This document shows positions 29,062 to 38,002 of a stretch of DNA of 58,511 bases, piece after piece; positions within the stretch are counted from its first letter, which is position 1, and the number at the start of each line of letters is the position of its first letter. The notes under the pieces are model-generated. The model was given only the letters and a program-made list of their open reading frames with translations. It ran no database searches and was not told where the DNA came from. The DNA is from a bacterium (GTDB lineage Bacteria; SZUA-182; DTGQ01; JAFGSM01), in the NCBI GenBank assembly GCA_049472335.1, contig JBLIRO010000028.1:1-58511 (forward strand). The letters are read 5' to 3'. The translations under genes and the position numbers were made by a program.

Positions 29062-29730
29062 ATGGTCTGGATCAAAACATATAAATATGATCATATAAAA
29101 AAAATCAGAAAATGGACGGTATTTATTTTTTCCGCATTCATTTTGTCATTTTTTTTCAACATTCATGCCTTAGCCTATGAAAAAAGCCTGCTGCTCTCCA
29201 TAAAACCTGTTGCTGATGACTTCTTTTACAACGCGTTGGAGGTTGACAATCCGGAGCTAACCGATGCCGGCAAAGTGGTAATTGTTGTCGGAATAATCAA
29301 TTCTCCCTCATTTTCAGTAAAAAATATCAGCAACATGGCCCTTTATGACGGTGCGAATAATCCAATCCCTGTAATCGCTGAAAAATCTTCATACTATTCT
29401 GAATTTGATAACGACGAGATAAATTCCCTGCGAATTTCCTTTATTATCAGTGAAGATCTGCTCGATAAGGGATCACCCCGTTTAGTATGGGGGGACGATA
29501 TTAATTCTGAAAATAAAGAGGCAGATAAGATTCATATCTATAAGGCCGGAAAAGGTATCTATAAAACCTTTGGCCTGGAGGAGAGGACTGAAGGAGACGG
29601 CGGCGGGGATTACTTCTCTACGGTGGATGTAATTGTCGATGATTATGCTGATACATATTATATCTGGTACCTGTTGCCTATGGCCCTGATTTTTGGTTTG
29701 CTCTTTTTTAAAAAGGCCTTTTTAAAATGA
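29062..29730 (+). CDS. Exported protein with C-terminal membrane anchor, unknown function
   Basis: Signal ends ALA-Y, acidic domain, terminal TM YIWYLLPMALIFGLLFFKK; overlaps next gene (ATGA). Confidence 0.65.
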   Translation: MVWIKTYKYDHIKKIRKWTVFIFSAFILSFFFNIHALAYEKSLLLSIKPVADDFFYNALEVDNPELTDAGKVVIVVGIINSPSFSVKNISNMALYDGANNPIPVIAEKSSYYSEFDNDEINSLRISFIISEDLLDKGSPRLVWGDDINSENKEADKIHIYKAGKGIYKTFGLEERTEGDGGGDYFSTVDVIVDDYADTYYIWYLLPMALIFGLLFFKKAFLK

Positions 29731-31247
29731 AAGCCTTATATAATTTTCCCGCCTATTATTTAATAGAGCCGCTTTCATCTCCATTTTTTCTGCTGTTTTT
29801 GTTATTTTTTATTGCAATCCTTTATAAAAGGGAGCTTTTTAGGTTACGGCGGGGTACATTTTTAGTTATTGCAATGGCTTTTTTATGGATTGCCTATAAT
29901 CTGTCGATTCAAAATCCGGGCCTGGCAAAATGGCTGATGCGGCTCAATAGTCCATTATTTCCTGTAGTTATCCTTCTGGTCATTCCCGCGATATTTTTAC
30001 CGCGAAATAGATGGTATAAGCTGTTTTTATTGTTCCCCATTCTGTGCATTGCCGCTGCGGTCATTGATATTATAGTGCAATACAAACAATCTCCGGCCAG
30101 CACTGGCTTTAAATGGTTTCTCATACGCCCTGGATATCTGATTACCGGGGTATTAGGATTCTTAGTCTTCATTCAGTATTTTTTATCCATGGATGCCTTT
30201 AGAAAGCTGACCCGGATCACTGTATTCATAATTTTAATTTACGGAGGCTTTGCCTTTCGTCAAAACTATACTGATTACAAGGAGATGCTCGCCAGGCGGA
30301 AGGATGCGGTCCCTGATATCATGCAAATCACTGAAACCGTCCCTGTATTAAGGCATCATGAACGGTTAAGCTATCTCCCCGGCGCGCCCTGCCGTTTCAG
30401 TGCCGATGGAGGATACGTTCAGGGCTGTCCCATGGAGCTTTTTCAAAGGATCATGCAAATAGATCTCTTTAAGGTCAGAGACGGTGACCCTTCTATGGTT
30501 GCTCTTATCAGCATCGCACTGGCAGCATTGCTCTCACTCTTGATCATGTGTTATATCGGCGCAAGGTGGTGGTGTGGATGGATATGTCCCCTGAGCACAC
30601 TGGGTGACCTTTTTGACACGGTCCGCCGCTGGCTGAAATTGCCTCACATGAAGCCTTCAAAGCCTGTCAAATTATCATATCTATATTCCGGCCTTTTTCT
30701 GGGAGGATTTGGCCTGATTCTCGCCAAGGCATATGCCCATATCGATGAACAGGGCAAATTTTGGGGGTGTAAAATTCCTCTTTATCCCTTTTGCAAGATA
30801 TGCCCGGGACAACAGTTGTGCCCCATAGCCTCGAAGGGGATAAAGGGGATTTCTCCGCTCCCGGGAATGGAGTGGTTGTTTGGATTTTTCAGGGTAGGGA
30901 TCATTCTGCTGTTGGTGCTTTTTTTAGCGGGGTTTGCAACATCCCGCCGTTTATGGTGCCGTTTTTGTCCAATGGGTATGGTTGGCGGAATATTCAACAG
31001 GGGCGGCCTGCTGGCGCTGAAAAAAGATGCTCAAAAATGCAATAGGTGCGGTGTATGTAATGAAGTGTGCCCGATGGATATCCATTTTGTGCAGGAAGAG
31101 ATGGTGAAAGAGGACGTATCTTCATTCGATTGCATTTATTGTCTGAAATGCATTGACAATTGCCCGCAGGATGGCTGCCTGCGGCTTGAATTTGCCGGAC
31201 AAAGGATAATGGAATCCGATTACGCAAGAAAAGTGGCCAATGGATAA
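29727..31247 (+). CDS. Polytopic membrane 4Fe-4S protein (NapH/MauN/NosR-like)
   Basis: WWCGWICP, FCKICP...LCP, WCRFCP, and ferredoxin motifs CNRCGVCNEVCP and CIYCLKCIDNCP. Confidence 0.85.
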   Translation: MKALYNFPAYYLIEPLSSPFFLLFLLFFIAILYKRELFRLRRGTFLVIAMAFLWIAYNLSIQNPGLAKWLMRLNSPLFPVVILLVIPAIFLPRNRWYKLFLLFPILCIAAAVIDIIVQYKQSPASTGFKWFLIRPGYLITGVLGFLVFIQYFLSMDAFRKLTRITVFIILIYGGFAFRQNYTDYKEMLARRKDAVPDIMQITETVPVLRHHERLSYLPGAPCRFSADGGYVQGCPMELFQRIMQIDLFKVRDGDPSMVALISIALAALLSLLIMCYIGARWWCGWICPLSTLGDLFDTVRRWLKLPHMKPSKPVKLSYLYSGLFLGGFGLILAKAYAHIDEQGKFWGCKIPLYPFCKICPGQQLCPIASKGIKGISPLPGMEWLFGFFRVGIILLLVLFLAGFATSRRLWCRFCPMGMVGGIFNRGGLLALKKDAQKCNRCGVCNEVCPMDIHFVQEEMVKEDVSSFDCIYCLKCIDNCPQDGCLRLEFAGQRIMESDYARKVANG

Positions 31248-32487
31248 CCAGTTTGACGACAAGTATAAGATCCCGCAGGATTTTTCGGATAATCCCGCGA
31301 ACCTGAAAAAACAGCGCTTTATTGAAGAGGAGCAAATACGCACCCAGTCTTCCCGGGGGCCCAGGGTTTCCAATATAAAATACTTTGAAGACCTCATGTA
31401 TAATCATGATTCTCCAAAAAAGGAAAAACCGCGGGTGGGCTATTTCTGCAACATAATTCCACAGGAGATCATAATGGCGCTCGGGGCGGAACCTGTTCGC
31501 CTTGATTGCGGAAACAATGCTGCGGCGCTTTTAGGGGAAGAAATCCTGTCCGGAGAGATATGCCCTCTGGCCAAGGCATCCTTTGGTGTCTTTATCAATA
31601 AAGACTCCCTGGCAAATTCGTGTGATCTCCTTATCCTGCCAACCAGTTGTGATGCTAAACGCAAGCTGGGAGAAATCCTCAACGACATTAAACCAACCTT
31701 TATGCTCAACCTGCCCCCTGAACAGAATCACGCGCGTTATGCAAAACAGTCGTTTTTTGAGATTTCACGTTTGGTTAAATTTCTTGAAAAATTCTCAAAG
31801 AAAAGGCTGTCCAGGCGATCCCTGGAAAGGATTATGAAACTCAGCCAAAGGCGGTCATTATTGGTGCGTGAGATTCAAAAGATCCGTATAGGGAACCCTC
31901 GATGCCTGTCAATCAGTGACCTTTTTCTGATAATTCAGGTATCATTTTCCCGTATTGCGGATCTGTCTGAATGGAATGAAGAGGCCACTAAGGTACGGGA
32001 TGAGATCAGGGAATGTATACCTGAGCGTAAAAGTCTTCGTCCCCGGCTGATACTTACCGGGGCTCCCATGAACTGGCCGAATTTTAAAATACTTAATCTG
32101 TTCGAGGAATGCGGCGCGGATATCATAGCAGATACCCTCTGCACCGGGGCTCAGGCATGTTATGACCCTGTGGTGATAGATGAAAGAGGCAAGCGCTCGC
32201 TTTTAAGGGCGCTCGCTAATAAATACATCTATGCCTCCATCTGTCCCTGTTTTATTTCCCAGGAAACACGGATTAACCGTATCCTGGACCTTATTGATGA
32301 GACTCGTGCGGATGGCGTGGTAAACTATTCCCTGCGGCTTTGCCAGCTTTTTGATATTGAAAATTTCAGGATCGAAAGGACTATAAAATCCAGGAAAATA
32401 CCTTATATCAATATTCGCACGGACTATAGCCTTGAAGATACGGAACAGTTAAGGGTAAGAATAGAGGCATTTTTAGAGACAATTTAA
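31240..32487 (+). CDS. 2-hydroxyacyl-CoA dehydratase family / double-cubane cluster protein (DCCP)-like
   Basis: VGYFC70, IC108PL, TSC137DAKRK, RLILTG, LC301TG, IC335PC, LC368QL, DYS.ED.EQLRVRIEAFLE. Confidence 0.88.
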   Translation: MDNQFDDKYKIPQDFSDNPANLKKQRFIEEEQIRTQSSRGPRVSNIKYFEDLMYNHDSPKKEKPRVGYFCNIIPQEIIMALGAEPVRLDCGNNAAALLGEEILSGEICPLAKASFGVFINKDSLANSCDLLILPTSCDAKRKLGEILNDIKPTFMLNLPPEQNHARYAKQSFFEISRLVKFLEKFSKKRLSRRSLERIMKLSQRRSLLVREIQKIRIGNPRCLSISDLFLIIQVSFSRIADLSEWNEEATKVRDEIRECIPERKSLRPRLILTGAPMNWPNFKILNLFEECGADIIADTLCTGAQACYDPVVIDERGKRSLLRALANKYIYASICPCFISQETRINRILDLIDETRADGVVNYSLRLCQLFDIENFRIERTIKSRKIPYINIRTDYSLEDTEQLRVRIEAFLETI

Positions 32488-32567
32488 ATTTAATATATGA
32501 TGTATCGTAAAAGGTCATCTCGTCGTCCGGAAGACCGGCATATGGGAACTTAGCCATTCCTATACGA

Positions 32568-32981
32568 TCAGGTTAAAGATTCTCCCAATTTGCCCTGGAT
32601 GGCTTCAACAAAAGATTTTGCCAATCCCAGGGCCTCCCGGGAATCTTCTAATCTGAAGACAGACTCAGGATAATAATCAGCCTCTTCCCTTAATTTCATG
32701 AGCCTCCCTATGATCTTGCCAGTATCAATCCCAAGCTCGCTTGTTTTAACATAATAGAGATTGAACATCCTCTCAACATATTCATGACTCCTGGGGATTA
32801 CGCCTTTCAATAAGAGTGCTGCCTTTGCTTCATGATAGACTGAATAGTAAGAGGAAACTACACTTTTAAAATACAGGCCGTTATCCTGTAAGATCTCTGC
32901 TCCTTTGAGCTCGTCCAAAGCCCTTTTTAATTCATCCCGGGCAAGGATCTTGCCCTCTCTTTTGTTTATTCTCTCCACCAT
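32568..32981 (-). CDS. HEPN domain protein (MNT-HEPN pair)
   Basis: SSYYSVYH...PRSH...LREEADY, coupled to the MNT gene. Confidence 0.85.
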   Translation of the reverse strand: MVERINKREGKILARDELKRALDELKGAEILQDNGLYFKSVVSSYYSVYHEAKAALLLKGVIPRSHEYVERMFNLYYVKTSELGIDTGKIIGRLMKLREEADYYPESVFRLEDSREALGLAKSFVEAIQGKLGESLT

Positions 32982-33325
32982 AAAACAATACCTTCTCTTT
33001 TTACCTTCCTTAAAAAAGTACTTAATTGCTTGTTAAATATAGATTCACTTATAATGATGGCGGAAATTACAATATCGTTTTTTAATTCATGATTGTAAAT
33101 AACATCGATTATCTGGTTTTTCAGAGATCTTGAGGGCTCATTGTCAGTTATGAACAAAAGGTCAATGTCTGAATCCTCCTCAAAATTACCCCTGGCCTTT
33201 GATCCATAAAGGATTATCTTTTTAACGGGCGGATATCTTTTTGTTATCTCATCTATAATTCCCTGCACCCCTTGATGCTCATTGTAATTGAGAGGGACAG
33301 TATGTAATATCTCTTTTCTTTTCAT
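32966..33325 (-). CDS. Minimal nucleotidyltransferase (MNT)
   Basis: ILYGSKARG...DSDIDL, REGIVL. Confidence 0.88.
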   Translation of the reverse strand: MKRKEILHTVPLNYNEHQGVQGIIDEITKRYPPVKKIILYGSKARGNFEEDSDIDLLFITDNEPSRSLKNQIIDVIYNHELKNDIVISAIIISESIFNKQLSTFLRKVKREGIVLWWRE

Positions 33326-33657
33326 TTGTTATATCCTTATTTCAGGTATGATAACATATTTCATTTATGCCGGGAAATAGTATAATTTGCTAAGTTGACA
33401 AAAATAACTTTTCGAATCATTGTATACTCATACTCTATGACCTTTTTACGCGAATGCAGGGGGATTATCGGAAAAGACAAAAACTTATAAAGGGAAATCC
33501 AATAATCAGGAAGCATGATATTTTGAAGATTTTATTAAGTCTGAAAGAGTTTTTTTGAATAAAAATTTTTTTTCGTATAAAATTATATATGTATATATAT
33601 GTATACACATGACATGTATAGCAAATTTATTTGATAAATATAAACAAGGAGAGACTC

Positions 33658-33930
33658 ATGAAGACGGTAAATGCACTCAAAGTCAGAAACAACTTAGGGG
33701 AGATACTTGATACCCTTACTAAAACAAAAGAACCTATTCTGCTAAGCAAAGGAAGAGAAATCAGGGCAGTGCTTATAACACCTGAGCAGTTTAAAGAAAG
33801 ATTCCTGGATTTTCAGGCTGAGGAACAAAAAAAGGAGCTCTTTAAGAGAATAAAGGATTTGCGTCTGAAAAGTAAGAATGCCGAAAAAAGCATTGATATA
33901 CTTCGGGAATTGAGAGGATATTCCAAATGA
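33658..33930 (+). CDS. Phd/YefM antitoxin
   Basis: MKTVNALKVRNNLGEILD...EPILLSKGREIRAVLI; AAGGAG RBS. Confidence 0.85.
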   Translation: MKTVNALKVRNNLGEILDTLTKTKEPILLSKGREIRAVLITPEQFKERFLDFQAEEQKKELFKRIKDLRLKSKNAEKSIDILRELRGYSK

Positions 33931-34361
33931 TCTGGATTATCGATGCATCAGTGGCCATCAGATGGTTTTTAGAAAACGAAAACAGTCAGGATGCTGACAC
34001 CATTTTATACAGGGTTATCGAGATGCCGGAAGTATTTGCGGTTCCTGAGTTGTTCTGTTTTGAGGTATATGCGGTCTTGTGTCGGGTTCATCCATCAGGG
34101 CATAATACCTTTATCAAGGGTATGATACCCATCCTGAATGGAGGTATTTTTAGGCAGCCGATGACTGAAGATCTGGCTAAAAATGCCTCTGTATATGTTA
34201 AAAAAGGTCTTACAGGCTATGACGCAACCTATGCCTCACTCGCTAAAAGTATGAAAGGTGTCTGGATTACCTTTGATCAAAAGGCCTGTCGCTGTATTCA
34301 GGATGAAGATATCTCGCATGATCTTACAAAAGGGCTTCCCAAAAACTGGGAATCAGAATAG
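33927..34361 (+). CDS. vapC: PIN-domain toxin
   Basis: IIDASVAIRW, PEL..FEV, GYDATYASLA, ITFD; ATGA overlap with antitoxin. Confidence 0.85.
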   Translation: MIWIIDASVAIRWFLENENSQDADTILYRVIEMPEVFAVPELFCFEVYAVLCRVHPSGHNTFIKGMIPILNGGIFRQPMTEDLAKNASVYVKKGLTGYDATYASLAKSMKGVWITFDQKACRCIQDEDISHDLTKGLPKNWESE

Positions 34362-34438
34362 AAACGGGGCTGAGAAGCAATTTAGGCGACACTCCTCAGT
34401 GAGCTTTTTACAATTTTTTCAATGAATAAGGATTCGGA

Positions 34439-35245
34439 ATGAAATTGATTACTGCCGGAGTAGATATAGGATCAACAACCAGCAAAGCGGTGCTTTTGGA
34501 AGAAGATACTATCCTTGGACAGGCAGTTATAAACAATAAAAGCCTCCCAGCGGAATCAGCAGATGAAGTGTTTGAAAGATGTTGCATTCAAAGTGGCGTC
34601 AATAAGAGGGATATCGAGGCTATCGCGACCACGGGTTACGGACGTCGCCTTGCCCAGTTTGGAGACATGGTTATTACCGAGATCAAGTCATGCGCCCTGG
34701 GGGCGCTGTTTATAAAATCTCCATATGGAGAGATACGGACAATTGTAGATGTGGGAGGACAGGATACAAAGATCATTGCCCTCAACGAAGACGGAGATAT
34801 TGAGGATTTCGCCATGAATGACAAGTGCGCGGCAGGCACCGGGCGTTTTCTTGAGATGCTTGCTGATAAGCTGGATTTAAGCTATGAGGAATTTGTGGAA
34901 CAGGCGCTTTCTTCAAACAGGATGATTCATATGAACGCCACCTGTGCCGTATTCGCGGAAAGTGAGGTTATATCCCTTCTTGCCCGCGGCGTGGATAAAT
35001 CCGATATCGCTGCCGGGGCTCACGATGCGGTTGCATCGAGGATATCATCTATGATCCGCAGGGTAGGGCAGGCGGAGGTCTTTTGTTTTACAGGGGGAGG
35101 CGCTCTGAACCGGGCACTTATAAAGGCGATAGAAGAAAATCTGAATAAAAGGCTCTATGTCCCTGATAACCCTCAGACCGTGGCGGCCCTTGGAGCGGCA
35201 ATCTGCGCCCGTAATAAGCTGCAAAGGAAAGCCAATGGAGGCTAA
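34439..35245 (+). CDS. ASKHA-type [4Fe-4S] ATPase activator (HgdC/HadI/DCCP-R family)
   Basis: GVDIGSTTSK, TGYGR, DVGGQDTK, MNDKCAAGTGRFLE, TCAVFAESE. Confidence 0.93.
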   Translation: MKLITAGVDIGSTTSKAVLLEEDTILGQAVINNKSLPAESADEVFERCCIQSGVNKRDIEAIATTGYGRRLAQFGDMVITEIKSCALGALFIKSPYGEIRTIVDVGGQDTKIIALNEDGDIEDFAMNDKCAAGTGRFLEMLADKLDLSYEEFVEQALSSNRMIHMNATCAVFAESEVISLLARGVDKSDIAAGAHDAVASRISSMIRRVGQAEVFCFTGGGALNRALIKAIEENLNKRLYVPDNPQTVAALGAAICARNKLQRKANGG

Positions 35246-36194
35246 GAGATTCATTATATTTAAAATATTCCTATTTATAACCATTTCCTTTTTTTTATCC
35301 TGCAGACCCCATGAAGAAGGAAATAAAGACAGTACAGGAGACCTGACCCTTTTCCATGCGGCATGTTTTTCTCCTGTAATAGATGCAATACGCACGGATT
35401 CTGAAAGGGATTTAAGTATCCGGCTTCGTACCGAGGCAAGCGGCAGCCAGGTTGTCCTGCGTAAAGTAGCGGAGCTGGGCCGTGAATGCGACTTGATGAT
35501 GATTGCCGACAGCCGTCTTTTCAGGGAGATAGCTTCTTCTGTGTGCACATGGAGGCTTGATTTCGCCCATGACGAAATGGTGCTTGGTGTGGGAATCAGG
35601 GCAAAAAGAGTGGATGAGGCTGAAAAAGACTGGGTTGCGGTTTTGCTGGATGATGATATAAATTTCGGGCGTGTGGATGAAAATTTGGGACCCGTTGGCT
35701 ACAGAACGCTTCTTGTATGGAAGCTTAAGGATAATAACCCGGACCTTGCAGAACGGCTTAAGGTAAAATGCGATAAGGTTGTTGATGATGTATCCCATTT
35801 AGCTGTTCTTCTCAAGGCCGGCGACCTGGAATATGGTTTCCTTTATAAAAGTACATGCATAAACTATGATATCCGATATATTCCCCTTGAAGAGGAAATA
35901 AATCTGGGATCAATGGAAGTAGAATATTCCGGAGCGGAGGTTTCATTCGAAAAATTGGAAGACGGCGGGAAAGAGAAGGTAAAAATCAAGGGCGCCCCCA
36001 TAACAATGAGCCTCAGCATACCCTCCAACGCCTTAAATAGAAACGGCGCGATCATTTTTATCCGGTATATCCTGGATAACCATGTAGGTCAATTTAAAAA
36101 ACACGGCTTTACCTTCTTTAGACCAGGATTTTACGGAGAAGAAAAAGACTATACAATGCTTAAGGATTATGCCGACTATTCAGGGAGATTTTAG
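35235..36194 (+). CDS. ABC substrate-binding lipoprotein, WtpA/ModA family, atypical binding residues
   Basis: Lipobox FLS-C, LFHAA, EASGS...RKV.ELG..D...AD, PVGYR, YIPLEEEINLG, GAPIT..LSIP. Start overlaps the activator stop codon. Confidence 0.82.
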   Translation: MEAKRFIIFKIFLFITISFFLSCRPHEEGNKDSTGDLTLFHAACFSPVIDAIRTDSERDLSIRLRTEASGSQVVLRKVAELGRECDLMMIADSRLFREIASSVCTWRLDFAHDEMVLGVGIRAKRVDEAEKDWVAVLLDDDINFGRVDENLGPVGYRTLLVWKLKDNNPDLAERLKVKCDKVVDDVSHLAVLLKAGDLEYGFLYKSTCINYDIRYIPLEEEINLGSMEVEYSGAEVSFEKLEDGGKEKVKIKGAPITMSLSIPSNALNRNGAIIFIRYILDNHVGQFKKHGFTFFRPGFYGEEKDYTMLKDYADYSGRF

Positions 36195-36394
36195 TTGTCC
36201 CGAAACGGGAAAGAAGACCTCGGATAATTTTCAATATCTTGGTTGACAAAGGCATGGTTCTTCTCGGTAATTTTTCCTGTAAAAAAAGCAGTGTAACATA
36301 TTAATTTTAATACCTTAAACCACCACTTTTAGTGGTGGTCCCAGCTTTGCTAAGCAGGTATGGTAGTGATTTAAGTATATAATAAAATACCTCA

Positions 36395-36703
36395 AGGGGT
36401 CGGTCCACCTCTCTGACAATGGGCTCAGGGGTTTTCCATGTTTCCCAACTCCATTTAGGAGCTGGCACATCGAGTGTCCTTGTGGCTCCACCCTTGAAGC
36501 GGACCTTTACGGTAATATCTTTGGCTTTTATGAGTGTGACATCCTCTATTATTAATCGCATAATCCTTTTCCTCTCCCTTATGGGCACTTTGGGATTTCG
36601 TCAAAGCCTTGGAAAATCGGAGACCAGGGCGAAAATATGAGAGCGAGCCTCATCACTAATCCTTAAGCGGTCATTTTTCTTATGGCGTTCGTATTCTTCC
36701 TGC
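36395..36703 (-). pseudogene. Internal fragment of a large serine recombinase
   Basis: QEEYERH...LVSDFPRL*RNPKVPIRERKRIMRLIIEDVTL...VRFKGGATRTL, with TGA at 36601-36603 where Trp is expected. Confidence 0.65.
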
Positions 36704-37150
36704 TTTTATGACCCTCTATGAAACTATTGGACTTAAGAACTTCATTATCTTACAAGATTATTCAAATACCTCTTTTGATTTTATGCCATGGTTTGATTTA
36801 TACTCTCTCATGAGTAAAATGATTTCCTATCAATACACCACTACCGGTTTTCTATGAATCAGGACGAAACCATGCTCAGCAGGCTCGGCAAAAATGAAAG
36901 ACCACTTGTGCGGCCATACCCGAGTAGATTATAGATGAGGATTCTTTTAACATAACAGTAACAGGTATTGATTGGTTTATTATATTTGCATTTTTTTATG
37001 CGGTTACCATATTCTCACAGAAGGGTAGTTTTTTTGGATTTTTCTCAAAACAAATGGTATATTATATTTATAACAGCATGATATATTTACTAAAATTAAA
37101 GAAATTTGGCTTAGGGGTTTGTAAATACTTTTTATTAGGAGAAGATTGAT

Positions 37151-37339
37151 ATGCAATCAGAAGGTATAAAAGAAAAGGCCTATCGTCTGTTGGAGGATTT
37201 ACCTGAAAAAGCGACATGGGATGATTTGATGTACAGAATTTATATTCGCCAAGCTATTGAGGCAGGTATAAAAGACAGTGATGCCGGACGAACAGTTGAT
37301 GTTAAAGAAGTCCGCAAAAAATTTGGATTGCCTGAATGA
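37151..37339 (+). CDS. Antitoxin partner of RelE/ParE toxin
   Basis: LPEKATWDDLMYRIY...IEAG..D..AGR pattern; AGGAG RBS; ATGA overlap. Confidence 0.78.
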   Translation: MQSEGIKEKAYRLLEDLPEKATWDDLMYRIYIRQAIEAGIKDSDAGRTVDVKEVRKKFGLPE

Positions 37340-37623
37340 GGGTTCACTGGACAGATAACGCAATAAAGCATCTCGTTAAAATATATGAATACATCTCCCT
37401 AAATTCACCCACCTATGCGAAAAGAACGGTTGATAGGATAACGAGGCGATCAGAACAAATAGAAAATCATCCAATGTCTGGACGTAAGGTGCCTGAATAT
37501 GATAGAGAAGATATCCGTGAATTGATAGAAAAGTCTTATAGGATCATCTATAGAATAAAACCAGAGCAGATTGATGTGGTCGTAGTCATCCATTGTTCAC
37601 AGTTATTGTCGAATGATACTTAG
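37336..37623 (+). CDS. RelE/ParE family toxin
   Basis: VHWTDNAIKHL..IYEYI..NSP, PMSGRKVPE, IRELI...YRIIYRI. Confidence 0.87.
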   Translation: MRVHWTDNAIKHLVKIYEYISLNSPTYAKRTVDRITRRSEQIENHPMSGRKVPEYDREDIRELIEKSYRIIYRIKPEQIDVVVVIHCSQLLSNDT

Positions 37624-37814
37624 AAAAGGGAATTGGGCCTTTTTATAATATATCCGGACTCAAAATAACGAATGCAAGTTTCTAAGGGGAAAAAGGATAA
37701 AGAACATCGTCAAAAGTCTCCGTGATCCCCTAAAAAAATTATCAAAGGAACAGTGCCTTATAATCAAGAATTTTGTTCACACTTGGACGCTTAATAAGTC
37801 AAAAGCCAGGAATT

Positions 37815-37876
37815 GTCAGGAACCAGGAGTCAGAAGAAAAATTTAAAACTGAATACTGACTCCTATAGTTCCTGAC
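37815..37876. repeat. Inverted repeat built from 7-mer units (CAGGAGT-like)
   Basis: GTCAGGAACCAGGAGTCAG ... CTGACTCCTATAGTTCCTGAC between convergent genes. Confidence 0.6.
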
Positions 37877-38002
37877 TTCTTTCCGGAATAAGGCTTTCAA
37901 GTTAACTTGGTTAGTATTTCACCTTCATCTTGGTTTGCCCTTTCTTCAATAAATGTTAAGGTTATTTCTAAGAAAAATTCCATTTGATTTTTTATGCCCG
38001 TT

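Noticed and set aside
32488..37623. TA modules as integron cassettes
   Set aside because: No attC-like RYYYAAC...GTTRRRY structures or integrase recognised, and orientations are mixed.
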